This document shows positions 11,701 through 22,842 of a stretch of 64,000 bases of DNA, piece by piece. The notes under the pieces are model-generated. The model saw only the letters and a program-made list of their open reading frames with translations. It did no database searches and was not told the origin of the DNA. The DNA comes from Siniperca chuatsi (Eukaryota), in contig NC_058054.1 of assembly GCF_020085105.1 (NCBI RefSeq), positions 6,931,595 to 6,995,594 of the forward strand, written 5' to 3'. Both the position numbers and the translations under genes were made by a program. Numbering within the stretch: position 1 is the first letter of the stretch; each line of letters opens with the position of its first letter.

Positions 11701-12750
11701 AGAAATGTATGCACGTACAATGAGTATGTTTGGGTTTTCCTAATCTCAGTTGCTCGACTGGGTGGATCAGAATGTCAATTACACGGCCACACCTACAAAC
11801 TGTGGTACAAAGCTGAAAGCTTATATGTTCTATGACTTAAACAAAAGGTAGACATGTGTGCTTTATCTGAGATTAACTTATGTATCAACTTTCTCTCTGC
11901 TGGTTATCCATCACAATTAAACACCATGTCTGCTTTTATTGTTGTCAGGGTAACATTATTGTTGTATTGAAATGGGATGTGGATTTTCAAAGCAATAAGC
12001 ACTTACAGCTGCTCGAACATGCATTTACCATGATTACCTAATCTTGGTAAATTTCAAGTCTCAGCAAGTCCAGTCTTATAGTGTGCTGACATTATGGGAA
12101 ACCTTGGAAGTTGTGTAAAACCAAAAAAGTGTTGAACATTACAGCATGCTTTGAAAATGAAAATTTGTAGTAAATGGGCTGAAATACGCAGAAACATTGG
12201 TGGTCTTTTAACAACTTCCAAGTTTTAAATACACATAAAACTCTTTGCTAGCAGATCTGTTATGTCTGTGACTATGTCTCATTAAAATGTTACGATGATG
12301 CAGTTATTTTCAGTTGTGAAAGCTCTATTGACAAATATTCACATAATTTACTTGTAAAATAAATTGTTACAAGACAGAAACACAAAAACTGTTGATTCTT
12401 TTGCTACATAAAATGAACAGATGTTCGCTCTTATACTGCACTTTATCCATTTGATCTCATGTTCAAAGTAATGATGACAGTACCTCAGCAGTGGTTGTCA
12501 AGATCACTTTTAAGAACATCATATCATGGAAAATGACATCAGTCTCTTATCTGATATGTGCACTAGTACAGAACACCTTTTACATCTTTATTTTTGAAAA
12601 TCCTTAGCCCAAAATACATTTCCCCCACCATATGCACAATGCCTGTTTTTAATTTTACCTGAACTCATTTGCATTTTTTTACTCTCCCCTTTTCATTTGT
12701 GTCTGTCTGTATTTCATTGTGATGCAAATACATCAACTGAACTTTGTTAC

Positions 12751-12856
12751 CTCTTATGGTAGACGCAGAGGCAAGCCAGCCTGGCGATGGTCTCTCCCTG
12801 TAGCAGATCCTCCAAACAGATGGAACACTCTCCGCTGTCTTTACTGAGCACATCCG
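12751..12856 (-). CDS. ZNRF1/2-family coding exon (RING-H2 core)
   Basis: anchored on ORF 12665..12883(-); acceptor gtgtgtacag|, donor AG|gtaaca; aa TDVLSKDSGECSICLEDLLQGETIARLACLCVYHK(S). Confidence 0.8.
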
Positions 12857-12944
12857 CTGTACACACACGCACAAAGCAACCATGAAGGTTTCCAGCCTTT
12901 TAAAAACACAGCTTTCTGGGCCATTTCTGTGATATGATACTTAC

Positions 12945-13040
12945 TATTGTAAGGTAGGGGAGGAGACGTGAGGCAACTCAACAGGTGATCCTCGATCCGA
13001 CCCCCTGGGAAAGGCTTCGAGCAGAAAGGACAGCGGATAT
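12945..13040 (-). CDS. ZNRF1/2-family coding exon (UBZ-like zinc finger CPFCSK...HLLSCLTSPPLPYN)
   Basis: anchored on ORF 12841..13152(-); acceptor ctctgtgcag|, donor A|gtaagt; phases consistent with flanking exons. Confidence 0.8.
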
Positions 13041-14344
13041 CTGCACAGAGCAGATACACAACAGAGCTGAGATTAACACACTGTGTCACTGCGAGACGTA
13101 AATGACAGATGATGTGCGCATCGCATCGAGCACAAGTGTTGTGTTTGGACATCTAGATTAAACAGGCCGACTTGGCAAACCGAAGAGCAGACTGAAACAC
13201 AATCAGTCAGCGTGAAGGCTGTATTCTCATCCCAGAGATAGTGTGATGTCGAGTGTAACTGACTCAAAATAGTTTGAAACTTTATTTGACTGTATTGCAC
13301 AATGCAACACAGTGACTAGCGCTGGAGGGATGGCCACCGCTAGAACCGTGAGTGGATGGGACAGACGGGCAGAAACGGTGCCTTGCTGCCCTACATTCGC
13401 CTCCATCTATGAGCTGCTTGCCAGCAGTGAGCAGGCTTGTAAAGTTGTGACCCATTTCCCTACACTTGCTAGAGGGCTGGCCTGGGAAAACCACCACATT
13501 GTTGTGTTTTGGCTCGAAATGTCTTGTTTGGTGTAGAACCACCACCATCTCTGTGTTTTTGATTGTCTAATGCAGACCAAGTATGCATTTTCACTTCCTC
13601 TGCAAACTCATGTTCCTGTTTTAATGCACTTTAACGAAAAAGGTGGTTGGTTACTTAATGTTTTCAATTTGCATGCTGCAGGATCTAACACTGACATCCA
13701 CTGTCAACAGGCCTTGTGACATGAAAGAGCTTGTATGTCTCCACTTCCAGTTTTGCACCATAGCTCTGCTTCATACAATAGGGTCTCTGATGATTTTAGT
13801 CAGCATGCAAGCACGGGAAAAGAGATTATCTGTTTCGGAATGTAAATTCCCCAAATAATCCATTTTAATTTCACATTGGGTAGATTGGGGGTTGCACTGG
13901 GTGATAATCTGACACAAAATTCATAGTGTGATGTGAGACTAAATGTCTTTGAGTTTGTTATTACTATTGAAACAATCTAAGATATATATATCTTTTCTTG
14001 ACATTAAAGGCTGTTCTAATTTTTTCTGATTTCATTTGCTATTATGGCTGAGTTGACAATGAATACTCCTATCTACTACTTGACTTATCATATTCATACA
14101 CTATCACGTCAACCACATTTGTCTTCAGTTAAACATCAGCTGACTTATGGGAAGCATTAACAGTCATACCCCAGATGTCATGTCATTTATGTTGAGGTTT
14201 TGATTAATTTCTTTTTGCTGATATTACTCTAGTACACACCACAAACTACTTGGAGACCAGCCAATTATTATGGCAAGTGTGATTATGCGCCACAAATAAT
14301 ACAAAATTACATGTATAGAAAATACCACTGCACTGTAAACTTAC

Positions 14345-14870
14345 TGCCATGGCGGTTGTTAACACGGTAAAGGCCGACCCAAGCCTCTGACACCGGCCGC
14401 TGGTGTGTGCCTCGGACCCGGGCGGACCTTGCGCCGACGCTGCGGGTGGAAGAGTGTCGATTCCCGGGAAGCCGCTCGGAAAAAGTGCGGTGGGGCGTGC
14501 GGCCTGTCTCCTCTCCTTGCTGATGTTCCGCTACGACGGGAGGCTCCGGGCTTATATCCCCGTCTTCTTCGGGTTTCCCTTCGCTGCTGTTGTCGTCCGC
14601 AGGTGACGCTTGGCTAATGCTGGAGGGGATGCTGTGGTTGTCAGCGGGGCTACCGTCGGCACTCGCCCCGTGCTGCCCCAGGTCCGAGTCGCTGCCCTCC
14701 TCTGATCGGCTCCGGTTGGCCTCGGTGTCCTCGAAGCTCCCAGAGAAGTCGACCATAAGACTGGTGGGCCTGGTACAGCGGGGTCGCCGACAGGAATCCC
14801 GCTTTGTGCCATCTTTTCCGAAAGCGGAGGGAACCGGGTCTTCCTGTAGGCGGCTTGCTCTCGTCCCCAT
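14345..14870 (-). CDS. ZNRF1/2-family first coding exon (ATG 14870..14868; MGTRAS N-myristoylation-type start; long disordered Ser/Asp/Glu-rich region)
   Basis: ORF 14307..14879(-) begins with TTG; first true ATG gives MGTRASRLQ...; strong phase-1 donor GGC A|gtaagt at 14344 matches the phase of the next exon; GC/CpG-rich. Confidence 0.6.
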
Positions 14871-14879
14871 CTCTAGCAA

Positions 14880-15500
14880 GCTAGCTAATTCAGCTGGCTA
14901 GCCGAGCTGCTTCCTCAAAGCGAACCACCACAGAACAAGGGGTGCGAGTTAACCTCGAAACGACCCTCAAACTGTCAAATATTCTTTTTTGAACTTTAAA
15001 TAATAACAAATACCTGACAACCGAGCCCAACGGAGACGATATGCGTAGTTCGACGTTCCTTCTCTGGCCTCAGTTTGTCCTTACTGTCCACATTTTCCTT
15101 TCTTTTTTGACGTGCCCGTTCTCGCTGCTGCAGCGGAAATAGAGCATTTTCGCTTCCTCTTTTGAGCCGTACACAAGCAGTTACGGTAACGTCACCGTAT
15201 CGCCCCGTAACTTTAATTTAAATATTAAAAATATATTGACACGTTTATGTTGTAATTGTTGTGTTTGTTTTGTGATTATTGTTTGTTTTCTTTCTAAGCA
15301 ATTCCGTCTTCAATCGACTAAATATTCGATTATTTGAGGATGGGCGCCCATATATGTGGTATTACGGTAAAAAAGTACACAATAATACTGACCAATCAGT
15401 GCTCTCTAGCCCGGCAGCTGCTTCCTATGAGGAAACTTACAGTAAATTAGGAGCTACATTTCGCTCAATAGGCGTCAAAAATAGATGCTAACACTGCATT
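14880..15500. promoter_or_regulatory. CpG-island bidirectional promoter region between the ZNRF-family gene (-) and tep1 (+)
   Basis: CpG-dense, GC-rich sequence between divergent first exons; no long ORF on either strand. Confidence 0.45.
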
Positions 15501-15586
15501 ACATCAAACGGTAACATTTTACACCGGAGGGCACGTTTGTGCAGAGGAAGTGCTATCCACGTGGAGTTTAAATTGTGGTATTTGAG
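15490..15586 (+). other. tep1: putative non-coding tep1 exon 1 (5'UTR) ending at donor GAG|gtaagt (15587); 5' boundary unknown
   Basis: first coding exon starts directly after an acceptor (16327) so an upstream exon is required; best donor between CpG island and 16327 is TTTGAG|gtaagt. Confidence 0.2.
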
Positions 15587-16329
15587 GTAAGTTTTCTGCG
15601 TCTAATCTAGGTGTCCATTGCTAACCACCACACCTACACAAATTTATGAGTCATTGCAAAGAAGTAGGCTACAAGTAAACCTCCTGACTGATGTTGACTA
15701 AAGTCTCAGTTCAGTTCATTTATGGAAGTTAAATCCAGTGATAGGATGTTCTTTGCAAAACTGTACTTTTCTTTCTGAATACTCCACACAGTCTAGTAGT
15801 TTATACGTAAAAAAAAAAAAAAAAAAAATTATGAAAACATGTAAAATACTGCTTCACTAATATGTAGAAAGTGCTTCAGGTACACCAACAATTCAGCTCT
15901 GAACCAACTTGAAACTTTTTGGTATTAATTTAAACATTTTCTGTCCGTGAAAGAGTTCTAATTTGGTCTAGAGCTGAGTTTTTAGTGTGCAGCAATCTTT
16001 TGCATTGCCTGTGTTTGACCAGAACCAAACTGAATTATACTCCTGTGTGGTGGATTTCTGATGTATTTCACTAATGTTATATTATCTATGCATTGTGATG
16101 CTCCTGGTGTCTAAGGAAACTCTGTGCAAAGTCTGTTGGGCCTTATGATGACTGTTTCCGGACTTTGTTCCCCTTTTATGGATTCTTTCAATTGAACACA
16201 CCCTTAACTACATTAGTACAAAGCTTGTTCAAATAGTTGAAGGAATGCTGCTGAATTGCTTGTCTCAATGCTTCATGCTATCTTGGATTGTGAAAGGTCT
16301 TTGACCCTCTGATGTGTTTCTCAACAGAG

Positions 16330-16848
16330 ATGAGGGCGCTGACTTTGCAGCAGGCAAATGTGGCCCAAGGAGAGCAGCAGCAGGCCACGTGTGGGAGAAG
16401 TTTGTCTTCCAACTATGCTCCTCCGAGTCTGGAGAATAAATTCTTAGCTCAGACCTCCACGCTGATGCCCCAGCCCGGCTCTTCACTCTTAAACTTTGCA
16501 GCACAACCTTCCTCCTGCCCCTCTCTCCAGCCCTCCAGCCTGTCTTCCACCTCATCCTCCCTTGTCTCCACCTCTTCCATCACCTCTCTTCTCCACAGTA
16601 CCGAGAATAAGTTCCTAAATAGCCATTCACTTCATTTCTCTTTTCCCCTGACCTTGTCTACATCTGTCCCTAATGACTCTCTGCTCTCCACATCTTTGGC
16701 CAGCAGTGCTCTGCTCAGTCGCGTTGCTCATCCTCCTTCATTCCTCCATCATGTTCTGGGTGGAGAACAGAAGAAGTATGATGGAGGAGACGAAGGCAGA
16801 GAGGAAACATCTGAAATGATGGAGTCCTGTTTTGGAGAAACAAGTGTG
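16330..16848 (+). CDS. tep1: tep1 first coding exon (ATG 16330; exon begins at 16328 after acceptor ttctcaacag|)
   Basis: anchored on ORF 16312..16941; aa MRALTLQQANVAQGEQQ...S/L-rich...GETSV; in-frame donor GTG|gtacat. Confidence 0.55.
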
Positions 16849-17008
16849 GTACATGAAATGTTCTTCATTTGTTTTACTTTTTTAACCATTTGTCTTTTTG
16901 CACAAACTGAAAATGAAATTACCATGGCTGCTAATACATGACAAACACCATTTCTGATGCATCCCATTTGGCGGTATTACTGTTTTTATATAACTTCTTC
17001 TGCATTAG

Positions 17009-17212
17009 ACACATTCTGAGGAAGATGATGTTTTGCCAGAAGAGGAGGCGGAGGTGGAGGAGGATGATGCTGGGACAACCATGGAATTACCTGTCCTGGA
17101 AACAGAGTTGGGCAACCAGGATCTCGAACAAGCTATGGTCATCAGACAGGAGGAATTTGCTGAGATTGATAGAGGAAATGAAATTATTGAAGAGGAGCTG
17201 AATGATAAAAAG
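17009..17212 (+). CDS. tep1: tep1 exon 3 (acidic region), probable GC donor
   Basis: anchored on ORF 17033; acceptor cattag|; aa THSEEDDVLPEEEAEVEEDD...IIEEELNDKK; only phase-0 junction to next exon is AAG|gcagga (no GT available in frame). Confidence 0.55.
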
Positions 17213-17380
17213 GCAGGAGAAAATATTTTACACTGTATATGTATGTCATAGAAATAATATTCTCTGCACCAGTGCTACCAAATTATGTTCCTGTGTGCTT
17301 ATTTTATACATTTATTAAAGTGATTATAACTCCTCTGAGTTGTGAACACATACTTTATTATCTTTCTGTCTGTTCCTCAG

Positions 17381-17530
17381 TATCTCCTGCTGAATGCGGT
17401 GTGTTGCTCCCTGGTCAATAAGAGCACAGCTCCAGGCCAGAAGGACTGGGACTCAGAGAACAGTGTTTGGACCAGGATCACAAACCTGGCGAAGGACATT
17501 TCTGTCTGTGACCCACAGTTTCTTCTCAAG
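17381..17530 (+). CDS. tep1: tep1 exon 4
   Basis: anchored on ORF 17342; acceptor ttcctcag|, donor AAG|gtgtgt; aa YLLLNAVCCSLVNKS...DPQFLLK aligns with human ALLSLLCSTLV...EPEFILK. Confidence 0.8.
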
Positions 17531-17760
17531 GTGTGTATGCATGTCTGTGTGGGTGGGTGGGTGTGTGCGGGGATATGTATCTGAAGGCATTTTTATTTGT
17601 AAACTGGATTGTAGTTCCTTAACTGTTATTTTAACTAGTGGTGATGTTTCAACCCTACTGGGACTTCATCATGCCGTTATTATGGTCAACCAATCAAGGA
17701 AAACAACCTAGAATAAAATGCACTGTAGCAATACCAGTTCTAACAGAAATCACTAGAATC

Positions 17761-17830
17761 GGGGCGACCCGGTAGCTCACCCGGTAGAGCGCTCGCCCCA
17801 TGTACAAGGCTGAGTCCTTACCACCAGTAT
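17761..17830 (+). repeat. tRNA-derived SINE 5' head fragment (A-box/D-arm-like GGTAGCTCA...GGTAGAGCGC)
   Basis: ggggcgacccggtagctcacccggtagagcgctcgcccca resembles tRNA D-arm/acceptor; no complete cloverleaf. Confidence 0.25.
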
Positions 17831-18431
17831 CTTGTTTCATGTGAGTGATCCACTTTACCCAATATTTATCTCTCAAAATATAGGTCAACTTTTCCAATCA
17901 AGAATTTTCATGGAGGATCAGTTTTACACAAATGTTGCTTTACTGGAGCTTTTTGCTGGCTGCAAGTGAAATCTTTGTCACGTATCTCCTTATATAGCCT
18001 CCTCAGTGTTTCCAAGGTACATCACAGCATAGTTGTTTGGAATGGCATATCTCATAATAACTATTATGGCTGAATTTACATAGTCCCAGAAAGGTTTCTG
18101 TTAGTGTAACTCTAGAAAACATTAGTGTGGTTTGGCTCTAGCTTGCCACAGAGGTTCTTCTACAGAGGAAGAAGCGCCTTCTTTCCCCCACTTATTCACA
18201 ATATAAAACATTTCTTTGAACACAGCAGCTGATTGTTGTATTAGCTTCTTTTTTGCCAGAGAAACAGGCCACTGAAATTAATTTTTAGATCAGTTACTGA
18301 AACGTAACTGCCTTAATTTGGCACAGTGAAAACAATCGAAGCGGACAAATGGTACACATTATGACAGTAAAGGCTTAGAATCATTTTCATCAGTCATGTA
18401 CAGTCTGCTTGTTCTTTCTTTTGCCATTCAG

Positions 18432-18596
18432 GTGGCAGTTTACACTCGGCAGGAGTTGAACATCCGCATAACAGCAAACTTCTTATTGGCCCTGGCTGCC
18501 AATCAGCCCTCCACCAAGCCACATGTCCGCAGATACTTCTGTGCTGCTGTACAGCTGCCGTCAGATTGGCTGGAAGTCGTCAGAATCTATAGTACA
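18432..18596 (+). CDS. tep1: tep1 exon 5 (TROVE domain)
   Basis: anchored on ORF 18396; aa VAVYTRQELNIRITANFLLALAANQPSTKPHVRRYFCAAVQLPSDWLEVVRIYST, close to human ...HLRRYFCAIVQLPSDWIQV; donor ACA|gtgagt. Confidence 0.85.
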
Positions 18597-18692
18597 GTGA
18601 GTCTCAGTTAGCGTCTACAGTGTGGTGGAATGTAGATGCATCAGTGCTGTCAGTTCTGTCCTGTTTTTAACACTATGTTTGTCTGTTTCCAG

Positions 18693-18830
18693 TGCTTCAG
18701 CCACTCCCTGCCAATGTGCCTGAAGAAGGCAATGGCTGACAAGTTCAAGCAGTTCAGCGAGTATCAGCTGGCCAAATACAACACACGCAAACACCGCTGT
18801 AAACACAACCGCAACAGGCCCAAAGCCAAG
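18693..18830 (+). CDS. tep1: tep1 exon 6 (TROVE domain)
   Basis: anchored on ORF 18636; acceptor tttccag|, donor AAG|gtacag; aa CFSHSLPMCLKKAMADKFKQFSEYQLAKYNTRKHRCK... Confidence 0.85.
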
Positions 18831-19183
18831 GTACAGAAGCATTCATTTTGGTCTCTGTTTTTTCATTTAGTTCAATGTAAAAAAAAAATAAATAAAAATA
18901 AGGTTAAACCAAATAATACTAATATTACACCCCTGTTATTAAAAGAAAACACGTATTAGTGATAAGTGTGTTTTGCTATTGTTTTCAGTGTGGTCAAAAA
19001 ATAAAGGTTGACACCCACACACTATTAACCACCTCGACTGAAAATGGATCTAAACTTTGTGCGGTTTCTATTTTAGCACAATTGACTAATTTCCCTAAAT
19101 TAATACTCAGTGCATATGTGCCTCAAATATCCTCTCTTGATCACTCCATGATTTGCTCTACGTACGCTATCATTGATTTCCAG

Positions 19184-19255
19184 AAACCAACTGATCAGCA
19201 GCTAAAACAGTGGGGGAACTTGCTCAGATCAGATGCATCTATTCTGAAGAAGTTT
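19184..19255 (+). CDS. tep1: tep1 exon 7
   Basis: anchored on ORF 18959; acceptor gatttccag|, donor TTT|gtaagt; aa KPTDQQLKQWGNLLRSDASILKKF. Confidence 0.6.
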
Positions 19256-19532
19256 GTAAGTCAATATACAGTACTTTTCTGTTGTGTCACTAAATAAGTT
19301 ATTCCATTTTGAGTTACTTGTATTTTTGTGTTTTCATAAGTAATTTAGCTAGGCTTAGGTACTTTAAGTTCACATCCATCTCTGCTGTGTGTGCAGATAT
19401 GGGTCCAGTGCAGATTGTTAAACTAAAACTGTAAAAGCAATATTCATTCTGAACATAAAGACCCACCTTCTTGATGTTTTAGAAGTAACCTCATCACGTG
19501 GGTAACTCTGGTTTATTTGTGTATGTGCGCAG

Positions 19533-19657
19533 CTGCAGATAGAGGGCAGCAAAGTGGTGGTGGATAAAAAGCAGAATGAGTTCAGTATAAAGAAGATGAT
19601 CAAGAGGCTTCACATTAAAGAACCGGCTGAACATGTTATGGCCATTCTGGGAAGAAA
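19533..19657 (+). CDS. tep1: tep1 exon 8
   Basis: acceptor gtgcgcag|, donor AA|gtaagc; aa LQIEGSKVVVDKKQNEFSIKKMIKRLHIKEPAEHVMAILGRK aligns with human FTLKKLVQRLHIHKPAQHVQALLGYR. Confidence 0.8.
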
Positions 19658-20276
19658 GTAAGCCACGCAAGCACACACATTAACACACTACATACTACAT
19701 GCTTTTAGTATCATTTAATCAGCTAGTTGAATTTAGTTGGTGTTAAGCATTTTTCACACAGAGCAAGCCATATAAATAACATTCACCTGCTATCTGTCAC
19801 TCTACTTCAGTTTACTCCCTAACACATTTTCCTCCAGTGGTGGAAGTTTGGTAACAGCTTACTTTAACCCCCAACCCCTCATTTATCATCTATAAGCAGT
19901 ATATAAACCTATAATAAACTGTTTATAACAAAATGCAAATTTTAGAGAAATGAAAATGTGCACAATAGTCCCGTTACCCGAACAAGAACTATGATCTCTT
20001 TATTACATGCTCCTTTTTGACCCACTTAAAGCTCCTTTTTTAGAAGAAACTGAGGAGCATTTACTGTCCTCCAGCATTTTACTCATTTATTGTTTAGACA
20101 ATATGAAGAAAGAAAAGTAGACAGGGGAGTGGAGAATAAGGAGAAAGGGGTCCAGTTAGATTCAGTCTCAGGCCTGTTGTGTTATCTCTGTTGTTTGAAA
20201 GGCAAGTAACTTTACCACTGGGCTATCTCTGGGCTTGTCCTGCTTCCATTTTAAATTGTGGTTGTGTTGGTCCCAG

Positions 20277-20434
20277 GTATCCCGCTGACCTGAAGACGTT
20301 CACCCACAGTGGAATGAAGGGCGTGTGGGACAGGGAGAGAGCCGGGCAGCGAATGAAGCTCAAAGAGCCAGAGACGTGGGAACGCCTGCTCAGCCGAGAG
20401 GGCAACAAGGCCGCCACCTGGGAGAAGCTCATAG
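20277..20434 (+). CDS. tep1: tep1 exon 9
   Basis: anchored on ORF 20179; aa YPADLKTF...RAGQRMKLKEPETWERLLSREGNKAATWEKLI aligns with human RAGKRMKLSRPETWERELSLRGNKASVWEELI. Confidence 0.85.
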
Positions 20435-20988
20435 GTCTGCTGAGCGCATACAGACATTTTGTTAACTGTTTCCAAAAGTTCCAAAATGTTAAGCTGTTCC
20501 AAATTTATCCAGGGAAATTTGAACACTCTTTTTTTCCAGAAGTTGTCTGTTTCATATTGCACGTCATTTGTTTGAAAGAATAAAAGCCCTACCTTGTTAT
20601 TAGATTTACAGCATGCACAGGCCTGCTGGCCAGAACACTGTAATTACTGAATCACCAGTTCCAAGTGCATGACGATGGGAAAACTACAGTCATCACAAAA
20701 ATCTTTCATATTTTGTTTCTAAGTACTGTCTGACTTTACTGACCTACAATTTCCAATCTGGTCCAGAGTTTCATTCCAGCATTTTTCGAGTCCAAAGCTC
20801 TAAATCACTGGTATATATGGAATGAGAAAAGCAATTAATCCAGTACAACACACTTTACATGAGACATAAGTCCAAACACGTATACATTCAAAAACACACA
20901 TACTGTATGCATATAACAACCTATAAATACTTAAACACAGACATGTCCATGATCACACATATTGATGAATAATGTCTCTACTGTACAG

Positions 20989-21098
20989 ACAATAAGTCTC
21001 TTCCATTCATGGCCATGCTGAGGAACCTGAGGAACATGATCATTAAGGGCATCAGTGAGGCTCATCACAAGAAGATCCTCAGCAGACTGACCAATAAG
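20989..21098 (+). CDS. tep1: tep1 exon 10
   Basis: acceptor tgtacag|, donor AAG|gtgaga; aa (D)NKSLPFMAMLRNLRNMIIKGISEAHHKKILSRLTNK aligns with human ENGKLPFMAMLRNLCNLL. Confidence 0.8.
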
Positions 21099-21288
21099 GT
21101 GAGATCCAACACAGCAAAGCATGTACTACATACTTATTTTATAAATCACAATACAGTCAGTAAAAGGTAAGAGTCAGATTTTCGTTCGTCAGTTGGTTGT
21201 TATGTTTCTTTTTTAATTAAACTCTTATGGTGCAGTTTATTAAGTTCTTTCTCTAAGTTTTTTCTTTGTGTTTTTGATGTGTTTATAG

Positions 21289-21367
21289 AAAGCAGTTATT
21301 CAGAGCCGACAGTTTCCCTTCAGATTCCTCGCTGCCTACAAAGTTGTCATGGAGCTTCACTATTTGG
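21289..21367 (+). CDS. tep1: tep1 exon 11
   Basis: acceptor gtttatag|, donor G|gtgaga; aa KAVIQSRQFPFRFLAAYKVVMELHYL aligns with human KSVIHSRQFPFRFLNAHDAI. Confidence 0.75.
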
Positions 21368-21689
21368 GTGAGATACATATATATCAAGTAGCACTAAAAC
21401 TTTTGGCTGAAAGTCGCATTAAAGAAACTCCTCTTTTAGGCAGCTCGTTTTGAAGGCGAGGTATCGCATTTCACTCATTCAGTGTTTGGAAAAAGACTGA
21501 GAGTCCTATCAGAACTTTTTTTTTAAATGAAGAACAAAAATGTCAAACTTACAATTGAAAAATGAAATTGATAAACACAAATATGCAAAATCATTAGAAC
21601 TGTATTGTACCGTTACAGCCTTATGTTTTCTCTTGCTGTGGTTCTTACAGGATGTCATATTTTGTATTTTTCTTATTGTCAACAAATCT

Positions 21690-21960
21690 CATGTAAAGAT
21701 TAGGGCTGCAGCTAGTGATTATTTTCATTATTGATTATGTTTCTTGATTAATCATTTGGTCTATAAAACATCAGAAAACAGTGAAAAATGTCCACTACAA
21801 CCTCCTATAGCACAAGGTGACATCTTCAAATGTCTTGTTTTGTTTGACCAACAGTCCAAAACCCCAAAATATTCAGTTTACTAATCAAGTAAGACCAAGA
21901 AAAGCAGCAAATTCTCACATTTGAGAACCTGTAACCATCATTGGAATTTTTGCTTGAAAA
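21690..21960 (+). repeat. MITE-like repeat family B copy (tep1 intron)
   Basis: tagggctgcagctagtgattattttcattattgattatg...gacatcttcaaatgtcttgttttgtttgaccaacagtccaaaaccccaaaatattcagtttac...aattctcacatttgagaa matches 30290-30700. Confidence 0.65.
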
Positions 21961-22649
21961 TTACTTATTATTTACAAGTATTGCCTGTGTTTCCAAAGCC
22001 TGGCATATCTTATTCCTCTGTGCCATAGAGCTCCATTGTTGTCCAAAAACTATTAAAAACACATCAGTGAGCCACACTGTTGCACTGTTACAATGAACAC
22101 TAGCACTGTCATTTATGTTGAGTCGATCCCACATACACCGTCCTGCAGCCATTAACACTCACCAGAGCACCAAAACTGTATTCATCCACAGCTCAAAGTA
22201 GTCCCCAACAAATGCTCTATTTACTCCTGTTTGAGTAACGTTTGCTAGAAACTACAGCGTCCAGCTGTTTCACTGATTTCTGAGCTTTTTTATAAATATA
22301 ACTATATATTAGTAAACCGTTTTTTAAAGATTTACGTCTTCAGTAGGAACCAGTGGACTTGGACGTGAGTGCCACAGTCAGGGTAGGCCAGTCAGAACAC
22401 ATTGTTGGTTTTGGTCCTTTCATGGGAATTATTGACAATATGAAAAATGTAGAGTAATGCCAACCTCATTCTTTAATATCAGTGTTTCATATGATGGCCA
22501 GCTTTCAATATTAAACCAAAGCCCAATATTAATCAAAACATGTTGACAAACTAACATATCAGCCTAACCTTGATTTAATAAAGTGTACCTCTGACATAAT
22601 GCAACACAGAACACATACAGTACCTCCTCTTTGCCTCTCTGTCCTCTAG

Positions 22650-22842
22650 CCTCAGCAGCACAGCAAGCACTCCCCCCTGTTAAAGAGATCCTGAAGGGCA
22701 TCCTGAGGAAGATTCCCAAGAGCAGGTGCTTCAATCGTCTGGACTGGGAGACGACTTCAAGGAGCAGGATAAGGGTGACACTTGGAGTGCCATTTATCTA
22801 TCGACTATACCGAATGAAGAAGGCCCAGCTCCTGAAGGCCAA
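22650..22842 (+). CDS. tep1: tep1 exon 12
   Basis: anchored on ORF 22631; acceptor ctctag| (alternative acceptor 6 nt downstream), donor AA|gtatga; aa ASAAQQALPPVKEILKGILRKIPKSRCFNRLDWETTSRSRIRV...KKAQLLKAK. Confidence 0.7.

Noticed and set aside
14403-14901. Plus-strand ORFs (14403..14606, 14405..14617, 14590..14901) in the GC-rich region
   Set aside because: They are antisense to the ZNRF-family first coding exon within a CpG island. GC-rich sequence gives long spurious ORFs in all frames. No splice or homology support.
16265-16555. Minus-strand ORF antisense to the first tep1 coding exon
   Set aside because: No splice signals or homology. Overlaps a well-supported sense exon.
17239-17711. 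ORFs 17239..17421, 17342..17584 and 17394..17711 extending tep1 exon 4 into flanking intron
   Set aside because: Only the segment 17381-17530 is bounded by acceptor/donor and aligns with TEP1. The remainder is intron read-through in the ORF track.
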